DNA from: Cetorhinus maximus
Taxonomy: Eukaryota
Reading direction: 5' to 3'
NCBI RefSeq assembly: GCF_964194155.1
Contig: NC_135880.1
Span: 131,874,001 to 131,938,000, forward strand
DNA: 64,000 nucleotides
The position numbers were made by a program, and so were the translations under genes. Below the pieces are notes generated by a model. That model was not told where the DNA came from and made no database searches. It was given only the letters and a program-made list of their open reading frames with translations. This document shows positions 1-13,499 of the stretch, in pieces; within the stretch, counting starts at the first letter, position 1, and each line of letters opens with the position of its first letter.

Positions 1-237
1 TTACTACCCCTCAGGTTACACTGTCATATAAAAACACACAGTACCACAGAAGTCAATTTCCAGTATGTTATACCACTCAGACTGTTTATGGGAGCAAATT
101 GCACAACTGAACCAAAGAAGATTTCTGTCACAGATAGTGCTTGTTTGTTATAAATTGAGTCTGTAAGTATATTAAAAATCTTATCACAATTTAGCCATTA
201 CATTTTAAACATCGCACTTACATTTTGCTTTGGAGTC

Positions 238-937
238 GGGTGAATTTCCGGGTCCTGGCTTGCGTTCACCCGAAGCGATTTTTGTAGGGATGGCTAATTA
301 GCAGCCATGGATTGTGTTTACCATCCAGTTAAGTATAGAAGCAGTTTCCCAAGCTGGGAAGGTCAATAAGAGACCCTGCAGAAATGACACATTGGCAGCT
401 CAACCATATGTGATGGGAGCTAACACTGCAGGTAAGAGAGAGAGAGATGGAAGCGCTCTCATGTGATTTTTAAGCTTTTCTCCATATAAAAGGACACAGT
501 TGCCAGGCCATTATCATGGAGGAGCAACCCTTCCATTGGATGGCTAGCAGTGGCAGCTATGGTCCAAGGGCCAAGGTGGGTGTGAGGAGATCCCTTGCGG
601 GCTGGGGTGCTGCCCACTACCCCCACATCCCCTCCTGGCCTGCTCTACTGCCGATGGAGTCCACCTCCATCGCCTGGCCATGTTTCAGCTTCTATGGGGG
701 GCCTGCAAGCCAACTGGAAAATTCCAATTGGCTTCTGCAGAGTGGCCTTAATAGGCCTACTTGGCTACCCACTGCTTGCAGACAGGTAGCCATCACTGCA
801 CCCCTATGCCACACTCCAGAACGAAAATGGCCTGGAGATGGCAACACGCTACCAATCCGGCATGCCAGTCTCCAGCGCCAATTTCCAGGCCTTCCTGCCT
901 CTGGTCCCACCTTCGGCAGGAATCGAAAATTCTGCCC
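238..937. mobile_element. Degraded non-autonomous Harbinger-type element (MITE-like)
   Basis: Starts gggtgaatttcc and ends gaaaattctgccc, like the TIRs of the TSD-flanked MITEs elsewhere in the window. Confidence 0.55.
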
Positions 938-1708
938 CATGTTTTAGCAATGCCATGAGAGTCTTCTGCATTAATCTAATGTATTATCCCTCATTTACAT
1001 TGGCATTTGTTCATTTGCTGTGCAGGTGGCTTGACAAAACAGTGCATGATATCCAATCCTGATATTGCCCTTGTCAAACATTTCTCCATGAACACTTCCC
1101 AGTTGGATCAATGGCATGTATGTATATATGACAAGGAGAATGACTGCCCCTTTTCTACATCACCCAATTATAGCACTTCAGCAACACCACCCAAACTCCT
1201 TCCCATTAAATAAATATTGTACCTTAAATATGACTATAGTGCAATCAATGGTTAACTTAATTACACTTGCAGTTATGCTTTCTAGAGTAAAATATCAAAA
1301 AGAATAACTTGCATTTATACAACATATTTAATATTAAAAAACATCCTGTGGTGCTTTCCTGAGTGGGGGTAAAATATTAAAGCATGCGACTATATTTTTG
1401 AATAAAACGGCAATATAGGTTTGTGCAGTGTTTTGGTCCTGCCTATTTGACAATGGATAGGTTTTGATTATAGAAATAAAGTATGAAGCGTGCTTACTGC
1501 ATGAGGTAACCACAACAACCACTGTTGGTTAGCGAACAAGAACCAAACTGGCATATCCTTGGGTACTAATCAATGTGATAACCCACTAAAAATAACCCAG
1601 TGCAGTGGCAGTGCAATGCCGCAGTGGAGGATTTCAAGAAACAGTTGGGCTGTTTAACAGATCCTATCACAAGGAAAAATGAAATACCACGTTAGCAAGA
1701 GAAATTTC

Positions 1709-1825
1709 ATGGGGTTTTCGGATCCTGCCAGCGACGCGCACTGTCAATTGACTTTTGGCTTCTCTCCAAACTTTTCTCATCCTATCCTCGATGATGTCCG
1801 CCGCTGGCAGGACTGGAAAATCCTG
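1709..1825. mobile_element. Mini MITE with ~25-bp imperfect terminal inverted repeats
   Basis: ggggttttcggatcctgccagcgacg ... cgccgctggcaggactggaaaatcc are imperfect reverse complements. Confidence 0.6.
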
Positions 1826-1919
1826 GATGTTGTTCGATGGAATGCAAAATCTCCTGTCTGTGCACACTTTGGGCACTTACAATAAAACTGTAGCGAAGAG
1901 CCTTAATTACTGACCTTGT

Positions 1920-2174
1920 GGACAGAATTTTACATTCAGTGTACGGGGGCGGAATGCAAAATGACGCGCAATGACGTCAGGCGTGCGACCCCACTCTCCC
2001 TCCTCCCCCCGCCCGCACAGGTAGTGCTCAGCGCTACCGCTTGTGTTCCTCGCTGGGCGGGCCAGGCCCACCTATGTGAAATCACGGTGTGGAGCCAATC
2101 GCAGGCAGCGGTCGGCTCCGTGATCACCCCGCCAGCTCCCACCGAGCCCATCCGACCAATGAAAAATCCTGGCC
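1920..2174. mobile_element. Internally deleted Harbinger-type MITE
   Basis: ggacagaatttt ... aaaatcctggcc ends. It shares the aaaatgacgcg...gacgtc subterminal block with 35932-36583 and 60667-61208. Confidence 0.7.
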
Positions 2175-2389
2175 TATAAATATCATTCAAGGTAACTTAT
2201 TGCTTTTAAATTTACAATGAAGCCTTTTTGGTTTTAAAACAACAGGAATTTTATATACTGTAGTTTTGAGTGATTTCTATTTTGGTGGTTGAGGTAGAGA
2301 GACTAAAAAGAGGTTATTCAGAGTGAGGGAAAATTGAATGAAAACAAACCAAAAAAAAATGACAAAACAAAAGGAAGCCAGAGTCCACT

Positions 2390-5300
2390 TCTCTGCATTA
2401 AATTTCACCTGTCATGTGTCTGCCCATTCCTCTTGCCTGTCTATGTCCACTAAGTCTTTCACTATCCTTTTCACAGTTCACAATACGTCCAGGTTTTGTG
2501 TCATTTGCAAATCTTGAAATTGTGCCCTATACACCCAAGCCTAGATCATTATTCTATATCAAGAAAAACAGTGATCCCAGTACCGGTTCCAGGGAAACCC
2601 ACTGTATAACCTTCCTCCAGTCCAAAAATCAACCAATCACCACCACTTTCTGTTTGTCACACAACCAAATTCATATTTATGCTGCTACTGTCCCTTTTAT
2701 TCCATGGGCTTCAACTTTGCTGGCCACTAAACTTCTTTTGGAAGTCCATACACACCACCGCATCAACCCTCATTATCCTCATCAACCCTCTCTGTTACCT
2801 CTTCAAAATCAAGTTAGTTAAATACAATTTGCCTTTACAAATCCATGCTGGCTTCCCATAATTCAGTCACACTTGTACAAGTGATTGTTAATTTTGTCCC
2901 AGATTATTGTTTCTAAAAGCTTTCCTATTGAGATTAAACTGATCTATAGTTACTGGATTTATCTTTACAATGTTTTTCGAACAGAAGTGTAACACTTGTG
3001 ATTCTCCAGACCTTTGGCACCACTCATTTATCAAAGGAGGGTTAGAAGTGCCTCTGCAGTTTCCTCTCTTACTTCCCTCAGAATCTTCAGATGTATCCCA
3101 TCCGGACCTGGTGACTTATCAACTTTAAGTACAGCCAGTCTTTCTAATACCTCCTCCTTTGACAATTTTTATCCCAACCAGAGTCTTAGCTACCTCCTCT
3201 TTCACTATGACTTTGGCAGCATCTTCTTTCTTGGTAAAGACAGATGCAAAGTACTGATTCAGTACCTCAGCCAGGCTCTCTGCTTTCACTTTTTGGTCCC
3301 AATCGGTCCCAACCCTCCTTTAGCCAACCTTTTACTAATTATAAGCCGATAGAAGACTTTTGGATTCCTTTTTCGCTAAGTCTTTTTGCATACTCTCTCT
3401 TGTCCTCTCTAACTTTCTTTTTCATTCTGCTCTGAACTTCCTATATTCAACCTGGTTCTCACTTATAACATCAACCTGACATCTGTCATATGCACCTTTA
3501 TCTACTTAATCTTACTCTCTCTCTCTTTCATCATCAAGGGAGATCTGGCTTTGATTGCCGAACATTCCCCTTGTGGGGATGTACCTTGACTATACCTGAA
3601 CTACCTCCTCCCTAATGGCAGTCAATTACTCCTTCAGTTTGGCCTGCCAACCTTTGACTCCAATTTACCTGGGCCAGATCTGTTCCCACCCCACAGAAAT
3701 TGACCCTCCTCCAAATTAATACTTATTACTTTAGATTGCTCCGTGTCCTTTTCCGTAGCTAACCTAAACCTTATGATACAATGATCTCTGTTTCCTAAAT
3801 GCTCCCTTCCTGATTCTTGATCCACTACACCCACCTCATTCCCTGGAACCACATTCAGTGTGTCTCCTGCCTCATTGGGCTGGAAACATACTGATCTAGA
3901 AAATTCTCCTGAATGCAATTCATAAGATGTTCCCCTTCTCTGCCCTTTGCAGTATTATCTTAATATAATCTGGGGTAGTAAAGTTCCACATTATCACTAC
4001 TCTATAGTATTTGAACTTCTCTTGGAGTTTCCCTGCAAATTTGCTCCTCTACATCTTTTCCACTAGTTGGCGGCCTATACAATACATACAGCAATGCAAT
4101 GGGACCTTGACTGCTTCTTAACTCTCATCAAGCAGATTCTGTTCTTGGCCCCTATAGCACACTCGCTGTCTCTCCAGCATTGTAATATTCTCCTTAATCA
4201 ATGCTACCACTCCTCTCTTTTTTTCCGTTTCCTATCTTACCTGAATACTTTGGATCCAGGAATACTTAATACCCAGACCTGCCTTTTTTTAAGCCAGGTC
4301 TCCATTATCACATCATCATCATTCTCCCATGTGGTTATCTGTCCCTGCAGCTCACCAACCTTATTTATTACACTTTGCGCATTTACACACAAGCACAGTA
4401 AACCTAATTTAGAACTTATTGCATCCCCCCCTTACTCTGACTCCACCTCATACCTTATTATTTCTTACTTCAGTGCTGTCTCTCCCAATCCTTTGTGCAC
4501 CTTGTTTCTCTTTTCTATTGCTACATCCTGGTTCGCATTAACCGCTCCTCAAAACCACTAGCAAAACGCCCTGCAAAGACATTGGTCCTGACCCTGTTGA
4601 AGAGCAACCTGTCTGGCCTGTGTAAATCCCACCTTCCCAGAACCAGTCCCATCGTCCCAGCAATCTTACATCCTCCCACCGCATCATTTTTCCAGCCACA
4701 CATTATCTGCGCTATCTCCCCATTTCTGTACTCATTAGCATGCGGCGAGGCCAGTTAGCTTAGTTGGTTAGATAGCTCGTTTGTGGTTCAAATTAACACC
4801 AAGAGTGAGGGCATTTTGGCTGAGGTAAGTTGGCACTCGCTTTCTCACTCTGTCACAAAATTGGAAGGCAATGGCAAATCAACACTGTCAGAAACTGCCA
4901 AGAAAACAGCGCATGATGAACTATCAGCAGAAAATAAGCCAAGAAACTGCCTTTGGGCAGAGCATACATGAAGGAAGTATGTGGCATTAATCCAGAGGTT
5001 ACTACTTACTACAGCTTGCTAGTGTCTTCCCTAGCTCCCTGAAATCTGTCTGCAGGACCTCATCGCTCTTTCTACCTATATTGTTAGTACTGAGATGAAG
5101 CATAACCACCGGCTGTTCACCCCCACCTCCCCCCCACCCTCCCCCCCTGCAATCAGAACGTTCTTGAGCCAGAGACATTCTTGACCCTAATATCAGGGAG
5201 GCATTATATCAGCCTGGAGTCATGTATGAGGCTGCAGAAAAACCGGTCTGTGCCCCTAATCGTTGAACCTCCTATCTCTATTGCTTCCCTGATCTTCCTC

Positions 5301-6050
5301 CTCCTTTCCTACACAAGTTAATCCACTCGTGGTGCCATGGCCTTGGCTCTAACTGCATTCCCCAGAGGAACCAGTGCGCTCATCAGCATTCTGAAAACCA
5401 GTTAGAGAACGAGATGCACTCGGGAGACCCCTGCATTAACTGTCTGATCCTCCTCGATTGCCTGCACACACTTGAGCTACAGAGTAACCACCTCCCGGAG
5501 CATGCTATCCATGAAGCTCACAGCCTCACAGATGCACCACAGTGACACCAGCTCCTGCTAAGCTCCAAAACCTGGAGCTCGAGTTCCTCCAGCTGACAAC
5601 ATTTCTTGCACAATTTATTGTCAATTACACAAAGCAGCATCCTAGAATTCCCACATGGCACAGCATGTGCTTTCAATGGGACTCGGGTGCCCTATCATGT
5701 TTCTACTTAAACTATCTAAATTTACCAGAAATAAAACTTAAGGCTTACATTTACTTAAAACTTCCCAAATTTCAAACTTTCAAATTTAAAAGTTTTTAGA
5801 TCACTAGTTTTTTTTTACTTCAACCCACAGCCCTTTATTGGAAAGAACAAAAAACACAACTGCAATACTCACCAATCAATTAGCTACCTACAATTTGATT
5901 TTTTTTTGGCCTAATATATGCTGCCACTGCTCCTCCTCCTGCCTCCACTCAGGTTTGTGCTCTCTGGGGCCTTCTTTCCGGCCGTATTTAGTCTGCCTTT
6001 GCTCCTCCTCCAGCCGCTACTAAGGTCTGTGCTCTGTTTGCTGCTTACAG
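2390..6050 (-). mobile_element. Decayed CR1 LINE (ORF1 and ORF2 remnants)
   Basis: The minus strand near 5500-5690 gives a CR1 ORF1 zinc-finger-like segment (TCCAMWEF...CKKCCQLEEL), homologous to the copy at 42738. EN/RT-like remnants lie at 2400-4400 with many stops and deletions. Confidence 0.8.
4747..4980 (+). mobile_element. tRNA-derived SINE inserted in the CR1
   Basis: tRNA-like head (ggccagttagcttagttggttag). It interrupts CR1 sequence and is flanked by a degenerate direct repeat, agcatgcggc/agtatgtggc. Confidence 0.55.
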
Positions 6051-6594
6051 AATAGTAAGACAGCAGTAGTTTTCACCAATAGGCAGACATTACCCAGTGT
6101 GATTTTACACAGTGAATAGCTCTGTCAATATAAACTGGGGCCGAAGAGACTCTTTGAGAAATCCTTTTCAGGACCAGTCAGAGAAACAAAACTGCAAACA
6201 ATCATCACTTGAGCATGTGGGTAATTGTTCAGGTATGTGAGGTGTGTAGACTTTTGAGATAATCTGCAGAGTTCCACAATCAAAAACCATATTGGCTACT
6301 TTACTTACATACTCTAGACAAACCAACTAGTTGCATATTAAGAAAATATAAAAGTCATCAGCCTTGAAAAACTGCTTATTGGTTTGAGAGCGCACATATA
6401 TCTGCTCCCTCTTCAATCAGTCATAGTAGCAAGAAAGCTAAAATAGTCTTTCCAGGTTGTCCTGACATTTTGGGAGCTACTCGCTACAAATCTCCATGTG
6501 CACCACAATACACGGTCTTGAGGCAGATACTTACAGAACAATGATCATTACATGCAGGTTATAGGCTGCACCAAATGTACTACAACTGAAATAG

Positions 6595-6770
6595 CCTATG
6601 CTCTGGAACTCCCCCATAAACATTTCGTTCCTCTTTTAAAGCGCTCCTTAAAGCCCAAACTGTGCTAATATCACCTTTTATGGCTTGGTGTCAAACTTTC
6701 TTTGATAACATTCCTGTGAAATTTTACTACAGTAAAGATATTATATAAATGCAAGGTTTTGTTGTTTAAA
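6595..6770 (+). mobile_element. L2-like LINE 3' tail fragment
   Basis: ctctggaactccc...cctgtgaa...actac..taaag..ttatataaatgcaag terminus; same family as 14940-15186. Confidence 0.5.
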
Positions 6771-9646
6771 CTAAATGAGTTGGAAGAGTAAATAAATGGA
6801 AGTAAGTGTAGTTTGATGGAAGTTTAGCACAGCTATAATCACGTGTTGTTTATTGTTTGCTTGCCTTTTGTATGTAGGGACACCAGTTTTACTCCTGGGC
6901 TCTATATAGGAAGGTCACATTGCTTAAGAAGTCAAATCAAAGCTTTCCTTGCTCGATAATACACCTGTCATTTGAGAAGCCAATCGCTCACTGATGGATT
7001 TTTCATGAATGGGAAGTTTCACCTTTTTGCCATGGAACAAAATATCGCCACAAAAATTTGGCAAAGGGAACAAAGCCTTACATTGAAGAGTGAAGTGCCA
7101 ATGGCATAACATCCCAAGGCAGTTACACATACAGGGAGGGAAAACAAAAAAGGGAGACTTGGATGAAGTTGTACTTTTGTTTTGCTGACTGCCAGAGCAA
7201 GAACAATATAAAACAACAATAATCTCAAACTCCAGAAGTGTCAAGAACCTGAAATTATGCTGATGTTCATTAGGTAAGAGTTTCCTCTACATTACGTCCC
7301 ATATACCAATGGTACCAAGGCAAAAAAATTAAATGAGAACCCCTTATAATAGACCCCTCCCCATTTTTATGGTTGTTCTGGTTTTCTGCCAGACATCAGA
7401 AGTACATGGCAATAATGATAGAGTAACACCACACATCACATTTGCCATCACTGCGGCCTAAATAACTCCAGCCATTCATGGCTGTATGAGTCTCTAAGTG
7501 ACATGGAAGCTGGCGAAAAGTGATTTTGGCACAGCAGCTACTTTACAGAGTAAAAGGGCAAATACCCTTACTTATGTAATTTTGCTTCATTAGTGGAGGC
7601 AGTCGGGTGGAAAACTGTGGTGATGCAAATGGATGTTTATGTTGTTGCTGCCATTGAAATCCTGCAGCAGCAGCCGCCTTTTAGTGGGGAATTCCCAAAC
7701 ACAAGTCTAAGCACCATTAACTTGCACAAAAAATAAAAATACCACTGACTCAGGAAAATTCTCAGGGACCAGTGCCATGTCAGCTGGGTGGGGAGAAATC
7801 CCATCTATTAACTCTTACCACGGTGAGAAATGAACATACAACACATTATGATATCAAAGTGAAATAGTACACAAAAAAGAGGGGCAGAGCATGAGAGAAG
7901 CATTAGAAAGAGAGGGCTGGAGACAGATACACTTCAGGACCAGAGAGAAACAGGGACAGAAAAGTGACTCATCTTCCAATTGTGGGTTATGCTGACTGAA
8001 AGCAGTTAATTTCACATTGCATCGGGTCGGAGATTGGGGGACTGCACTTGTTTGAATCCGAGAAGGATGGCAAATTAACATGTCCCGAATGGAGCTGGTG
8101 AAATGTTACTATGTGCATCATGCTTGCTCTAGCCTTCTAAAGAGTCAGGTTCTCCCACATTAGTTATTCTTTAAAATTAAAAATATTTTCATGCCGTGTT
8201 TGGCACTCACAGATTTTGAATTTTTGTTGTTGCCTTACTAAAGGAGCACAACATACTGTTAATTTAGATCAGGTGGTTCACATTTAGATGACTGTATCAA
8301 TCTAATTAAATGACAATGTGAATAAGTTAGTTGTGTCTGCGATGTCAATGTCTGGCTAGATCTTAAGATAACAGCTTTCTATACAAACCAGTCTGTTAAT
8401 GGCATTTGGATGTTAGCAGATACAAATGTCATTTCTTGCACACTGGACTATAGGAATCCGGTTGACCGCCACGTTAATAAGTATATTTCTGCTTGTTTAT
8501 TAGTGGATGTCCCCTGTAATGTTCCCACTGAGCTGTGCCCATGCACAGCTGTGCAGGAGCCTCGAAGGTACAGCACAGGCCTTGTACCACATTCAAATCC
8601 ATAAAAAATTAAAAGATAGCACACTTGAAAAAATTGACCAAGTACAGCAACCATGAGGTAAGTTTGATGATACTGTTTTACAAGGCTATAAGTGCTATGT
8701 CATTGAACACATAATGCATGAGTCTACTGCCAAAGTAAAGCTCTAAATGTCACCAGATCTAATTGTTCCCCAGAAAACACAGCTTCAGGTCAGTTTATTG
8801 AAGGAACATTGAAATGCTGGTTAGTTCCAAATCAGAAGCATTAAATGATCGGCTTTCTTATTACTTTAAGAAAAAACAATTCCCATTTGTAGCAAAGAGT
8901 GACTGGCGAAATCTGCTCATGCACCTCTTTACGCTTAGATTCAAATATTATAATTGATAGTTCTAACTTTGTCTGAAAACTGGACTTCAAATTCATTGAG
9001 TGAATAAAGACAAGACTCTGATACAGTATTCAAGTGATTTCAAGCGATCGATCAAACAGAAAGCACACTTAACTCCTGATTGAGAGATGCAAGTTTACAC
9101 CAATTCTTAACATAGTACAAGGTGGTAAAAACATGTGGAATTTTCCATTCTAATAAGCACTAGATAGTTTCTTTGTCTAGCCAAAGGCATTCTTATGAAT
9201 ATAATTAATCTGCTGCAGACATTTCTCATAGTGTTTGTATTTGGGTGTTGAACTTACTGTAAGTTGCCAATGTTTGTGCTTCATTTTTTCTATTTTATTG
9301 CAAATGAAAACATTAGTTGCTGGAATCTGTTAAAATCTGTTGTGGTTTAACATGTCAATCTTAAGCAAACGTGGTAGCAAGAAACTGTCAATTCCAATAA
9401 ACAGACTACTGGAAAAAAGGTAATTATTAATCCTTGGCTCACTCAATTCTGCAAAAGCAGATTGCACAAAATCACAGCTTCTGAATGGTAAGGAGCAAGG
9501 TCCATTTATAGGAATTGCTATGAAACTGTTGAAAGAAAACTTCCACAAAAATTTGTAATTGCCATAAGCATCATTGGTTAAACCTGGGTATTTTGTGTTT
9601 CCATCTGTTCCACACAACCTTTAGATGTGAAGTTGCAGTATTTACT

Positions 9647-9698
9647 TTTGTAACTATGAATTTGTCAGGTTTCTTCCTGTCAAATTCATAGTTACAAA
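9647..9698. repeat. Near-perfect hairpin (18-bp perfect stem + T-T mismatch + 4 bp, 6-nt loop)
   Basis: tttgtaactatgaatttg t cagg tttctt cctg t caaattcatagttacaaa. Confidence 0.9.
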
Positions 9699-10319
9699 TG
9701 TGCTCAGTAAAACTGTATTTTGTTATCCTGTCTATTTATTTTTCTCGTCAAATAATATCACCCACTTCATGTTCTTGAACCTCTCTTTTAGACAATCAGC
9801 AGCTTTCTAAAATTTTGCTTTGCTTTGTTGATTTATGGATATTCTTTTCTTAAAATACTGCAGCTATTTTTATATACTTATTAATTTCCACACTGGTTGT
9901 GGCAAAACCAAAGATATTGTACCTTTCTCAATCTCTTGCAAAAACCAACAAAATTACAGCCATAGCAACAAAAGATGTGTCACATTTTGCACTATAACCT
10001 GCACAAAGTTCTGGATGGCAGGGGACAAAGTTCACTTATGGAAACAGCTGTGAAACTGTTAGAAGAAAATGATTCTACAAATTGAAAACTGTGATATGCA
10101 TCTCCTTTAAAACATGGATAATGTGTGCTACAATCTCTCTCATGAATGGGACAATTGTGGGAGAGGTAAATTGGGAGGCAATAGAATGTCTAGAAATTTG
10201 GACCTAAAGGGAATGTTAGAGAGTGAGTGGAAGATCAATGTTTGTTTTTTGGGTTGCATCAAACCCATTATGTTATGAAAAACAAATATTTGTTCCCGAA
10301 AGCTGTGGGATCATGTCTC

Positions 10320-10718
10320 AGTCCAGAGACTTGAGCACAAAAACATAGACTGATACTCCAGTGTAGTACTGAGGGAGCACTGCACTGTTGAAGGACCATC
10401 TATCTGATGAGACGTTAAACTGAGACCCTGTCTGCCATTTCATGTGAACATAAAAGATCTCACGGCACTATTTCAAAAAATAGAACGTGAGTTCTCCACA
10501 GTGTCCTGGGTAATATGTATCCCTTAATCAATATCATTAAAAAGCGGGTCTGGTCATTATCACAAAGCTGTTTGTGGGACCTTGCTCTGCATAAATTGGC
10601 TGTTGTATTTCCCACATTACAACAGTGACTACACTTCAAAAAATGCTTCATTGTCTGTAAAGCACTTTGGGAATTCGGAGGTTGTGAAAGGCACTATGTA
10701 AATACAAATCTTTCTTTT
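10320..10718 (+). mobile_element. Deu-domain-type SINE (SacSINE1-like)
   Basis: ccagagacttgagcac...gtactgagggagcactgcactg...gatgagacgttaaac core, with a gaaaggcactatgtaaata tail. An inverted homologue lies at 15845-16230. Confidence 0.7.
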
Positions 10719-11049
10719 AATACATGTTTTTTATGCTGTAAAGGGAAAATATTCAAAGGGCACAAAATATCGACAGGAGAGCTTTTCAACACTGTAAGAA
10801 AGGAGAGGAATGAAGACAAGGTAAAAATCAAAGAAATGCACAGTTTTGGGGCCCTGGGATGAATGGGTTGAGCTGGGGGCTGTGTGATGTGTTACACATT
10901 ATCTCAGGGCAAGCAAATTCCATATACAAGAGGTAAGGTGGCACGTGGATTCAGAAAGTTGTTTTAAATGGACGTCCATAATGCAAAATCAATTTGCTGG
11001 ACTCTGAGTTCAGCGAAAGTAAACAAAGATCAGACCTCAACTCCCGACA

Positions 11050-11370
11050 ATATATCGGATGTTTAAAGACATAAACAGGCTTGCAGAGAGGGTGGATAAA
11101 TAGCAAATGAAAATCAATACAAGGTGGTTTATTTTGGCAGGAGGAATAAAGAGGCTACTTATTCCATGACGGATACGTAATTAAATGGGGTACAAGAGCA
11201 AAGAGATCAGGGAATTATAGATACACAAATCACTGAAAGTAGTAATGCATTTTGATAATGCTATAAAGAGTGTAAACAAGTACTGGGCAGTAGAGGGATT
11301 GAGGTAATGTTGAATTTATGCAGAACCTTGGTTAGACCAGGTTTGGAGTACTGTTTACAATTCTTGGCCT
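11050..11370 (+). mobile_element. CR1 RT C-terminal fragment
   Basis: MLNLCRTLVRPGLEYCLQF, the CR1 LVRPxLEYCxQFW motif. Confidence 0.7.
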
Positions 11371-11961
11371 GGAGTTTCTGTTTTTCTGGGTGCAATTCAC
11401 CCAGAATTAACCAAACCAACACAGAAGATAATGACATTTTTAGCACGAGCTGCATTTGGTACAACTTGGGCAGAACTTTACGCCTCGCGGGCGGGGGCGC
11501 CAATTGGGCATAAAATAGCGAGAGAAGGCTTCAGGTGAGTGTCCCGGCATCATCCCGTACGCAATCTTCAGGCCAGTGCGCGTGCGCGGGTGTCAGAGCC
11601 ACACCCATAGTCAATTAAGAGCCCACGTAAGGCCATTGAAAACCCAATTGAACCAATTTTAAATTGCCTGTGCAAATTTCTGCTCGTCGCGCAGGCAGGC
11701 GGGCAGCCCACATTTTGCAAAACCTCATCCAAGGGTGGGATAAAAAAGGCCAGCAGCATTGCCATTGTGGGTACTGATGAGTTTAGGAGATAGTTTGCTG
11801 CTGGTTGCTTATTTGAACTTGACAGCTTTATCTCAGTTCTGAGCTTCATTCTTAGCATTTCTAGGCTTCAGTTCAGGACTCATTGGTGTCTCCAAGGCCC
11901 TGGGAGAATTTTGACCCTGTGGACCTTTCCAGGTATCAGACAGCCTTCTGTTACCCTGGTA

Positions 11962-13185
11962 ATGGGGATTATGGTCTCCGCTGGAGACACTTCCTCTGAG
12001 GAAGAAGAGGGGAGCTGGGGGGAGAGGAGGCCTGGTGTCCCAATGCAGCTTCCAGGGGAGCGACCTGTGGGAGGAGAGGCGCAGGCATAAGGGACGCAGG
12101 GCCAGCAGGTAGTCCAAGGCAGAAGAGGCCACATGAAGACGTCACTATCCTGCTGCCAGGGTTACAGGCACTGATGCAGCTACCTCAATATGTCCGAGGT
12201 GCAATGCCAAAGGAAGCTCCGCCTCTCCAGGAAGACTGTGACCTCCAGTTATCAGACGATTGTACCCGAGATCAGCTCCAACTGTGTTGGTGTACACCCC
12301 ATTCCAATGGCTCTGAAAGTCACAGTAGCCCTCAACTTCTATGCCTCTGGCTCTTTCCAGGGTTCAGAGGGGGATCTTTGTGGAGTCTCCCAATCAGCTG
12401 TCCATAGTTGCATCAAGCTGGTGACAGAAGCTCTGTTCAGGTGGGTAATGACATTTATTCATTTCAGTACGGATGAGGCCAGCCAGGTTGAGTGAGCCAG
12501 AGGCTTTGCAGCTATGGGTTCCTCCGCATCCAGGGTGCAATCGACTGCACACATGTGGCCATCAAGGTGCCAGCGGGTCAGTCAGGTGCCTTCGTCAACA
12601 GGAAGGGCTTCCACTCGGTGAATGTCCAGATAGTGTGTGACCACAGGGTGCTGATTCTGCAAGTCTGTGCAAAGTACCCTGGCAGCTCCCATGATTCTTA
12701 TATCCTGAGACATTCCCAGGTCCAGTGCTCCAGCCCGACCGGATGGATGGCTGCTGGGTGACAAGGGCCATCTGTTGAAAAGGTGGCTTATGACGCCTCT
12801 TTGCCACCCAAAAACAGAGGCAGAGCAGCGTTATAATAGGGTCATGCCTCCACCAGGGTGGTGATAGAGAGGACCATAGGTATCCTGAAGATGCGTTTCC
12901 AATGCCTGGACCATTCAGGGGGTGCACAACAATACCCCCCAGAGCGGGTGTCACTGATAGTGGTTGCATGCTGCGCTCTCCGCAATCTGGCACTGCTAGT
13001 GCAAGGGGAGACCCACTGGAGGAAGAGGATCTTGACACAGCTGCACAGGCCACAGAGCATGAATCTAGTGGTGAGCAGAAGAGGAGCACAGAGAGGAGAA
13101 CGCTGAGGGTGTGGAGGCAGAAGTCAGTAACCTGCAGGGAGGAAGGGACACCAGGGACACCTTTACCCAATGTTCCTTCAGCTAG
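11962..13185 (+). pseudogene. Frameshifted HARBI1-like DDE transposase
   Basis: Pieces read ALKVTVALNFYASGSFQ, GAIDCTHVAI, NRKGFHSVNVQIVCD, YPGSSHDSYIL, GWLLGDKG, VIERTIGILKMRFQCLD, ACCALRNLA. Several frameshifts and stops. Confidence 0.9.
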
Positions 13186-13499
13186 GCTACCAAAGATCTG
13201 CTTCCACCTCAAGCCAGGGCTGCCGTCTCCATCCGGGGTGTTTGAAGTGATCCTTTACTTTGACCCCAAAGCCCACTCATTGCCTGCGCAATAAAGTTTA
13301 GAGCCACTCGCGTCCAGCATTACATACTGGCGTACCCTGCACCAAAAAAATACAAAGATGAAGCATACTCAGGCCATTTCAACAAAAACAAAATTTATCT
13401 CATTTTGACAATCCAAAAAAATTAACATCACCTACTGTGGTCTTCATTCCTGGACCGGTAAACATAAACCAAACATTACACAACAGAAGATCACCCATG

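Noticed and set aside
1667-1885. Protein-looking overlapping ORFs on both strands
   Set aside because: The core is a mini inverted-repeat element (1709-1825), and I recognise no protein.
6535-6585. 51-nt minus-strand cassette (tttcag|...|gtaagt) that would keep the MTAP frame
   Set aside because: Weak pyrimidine tract and no similarity to MTAP; expected by chance in 42 kb.
11962-13185. Domesticated host HARBI1 gene
   Set aside because: Multiple frameshifts and stops, an adjacent TIR, and several similar copies in the window.
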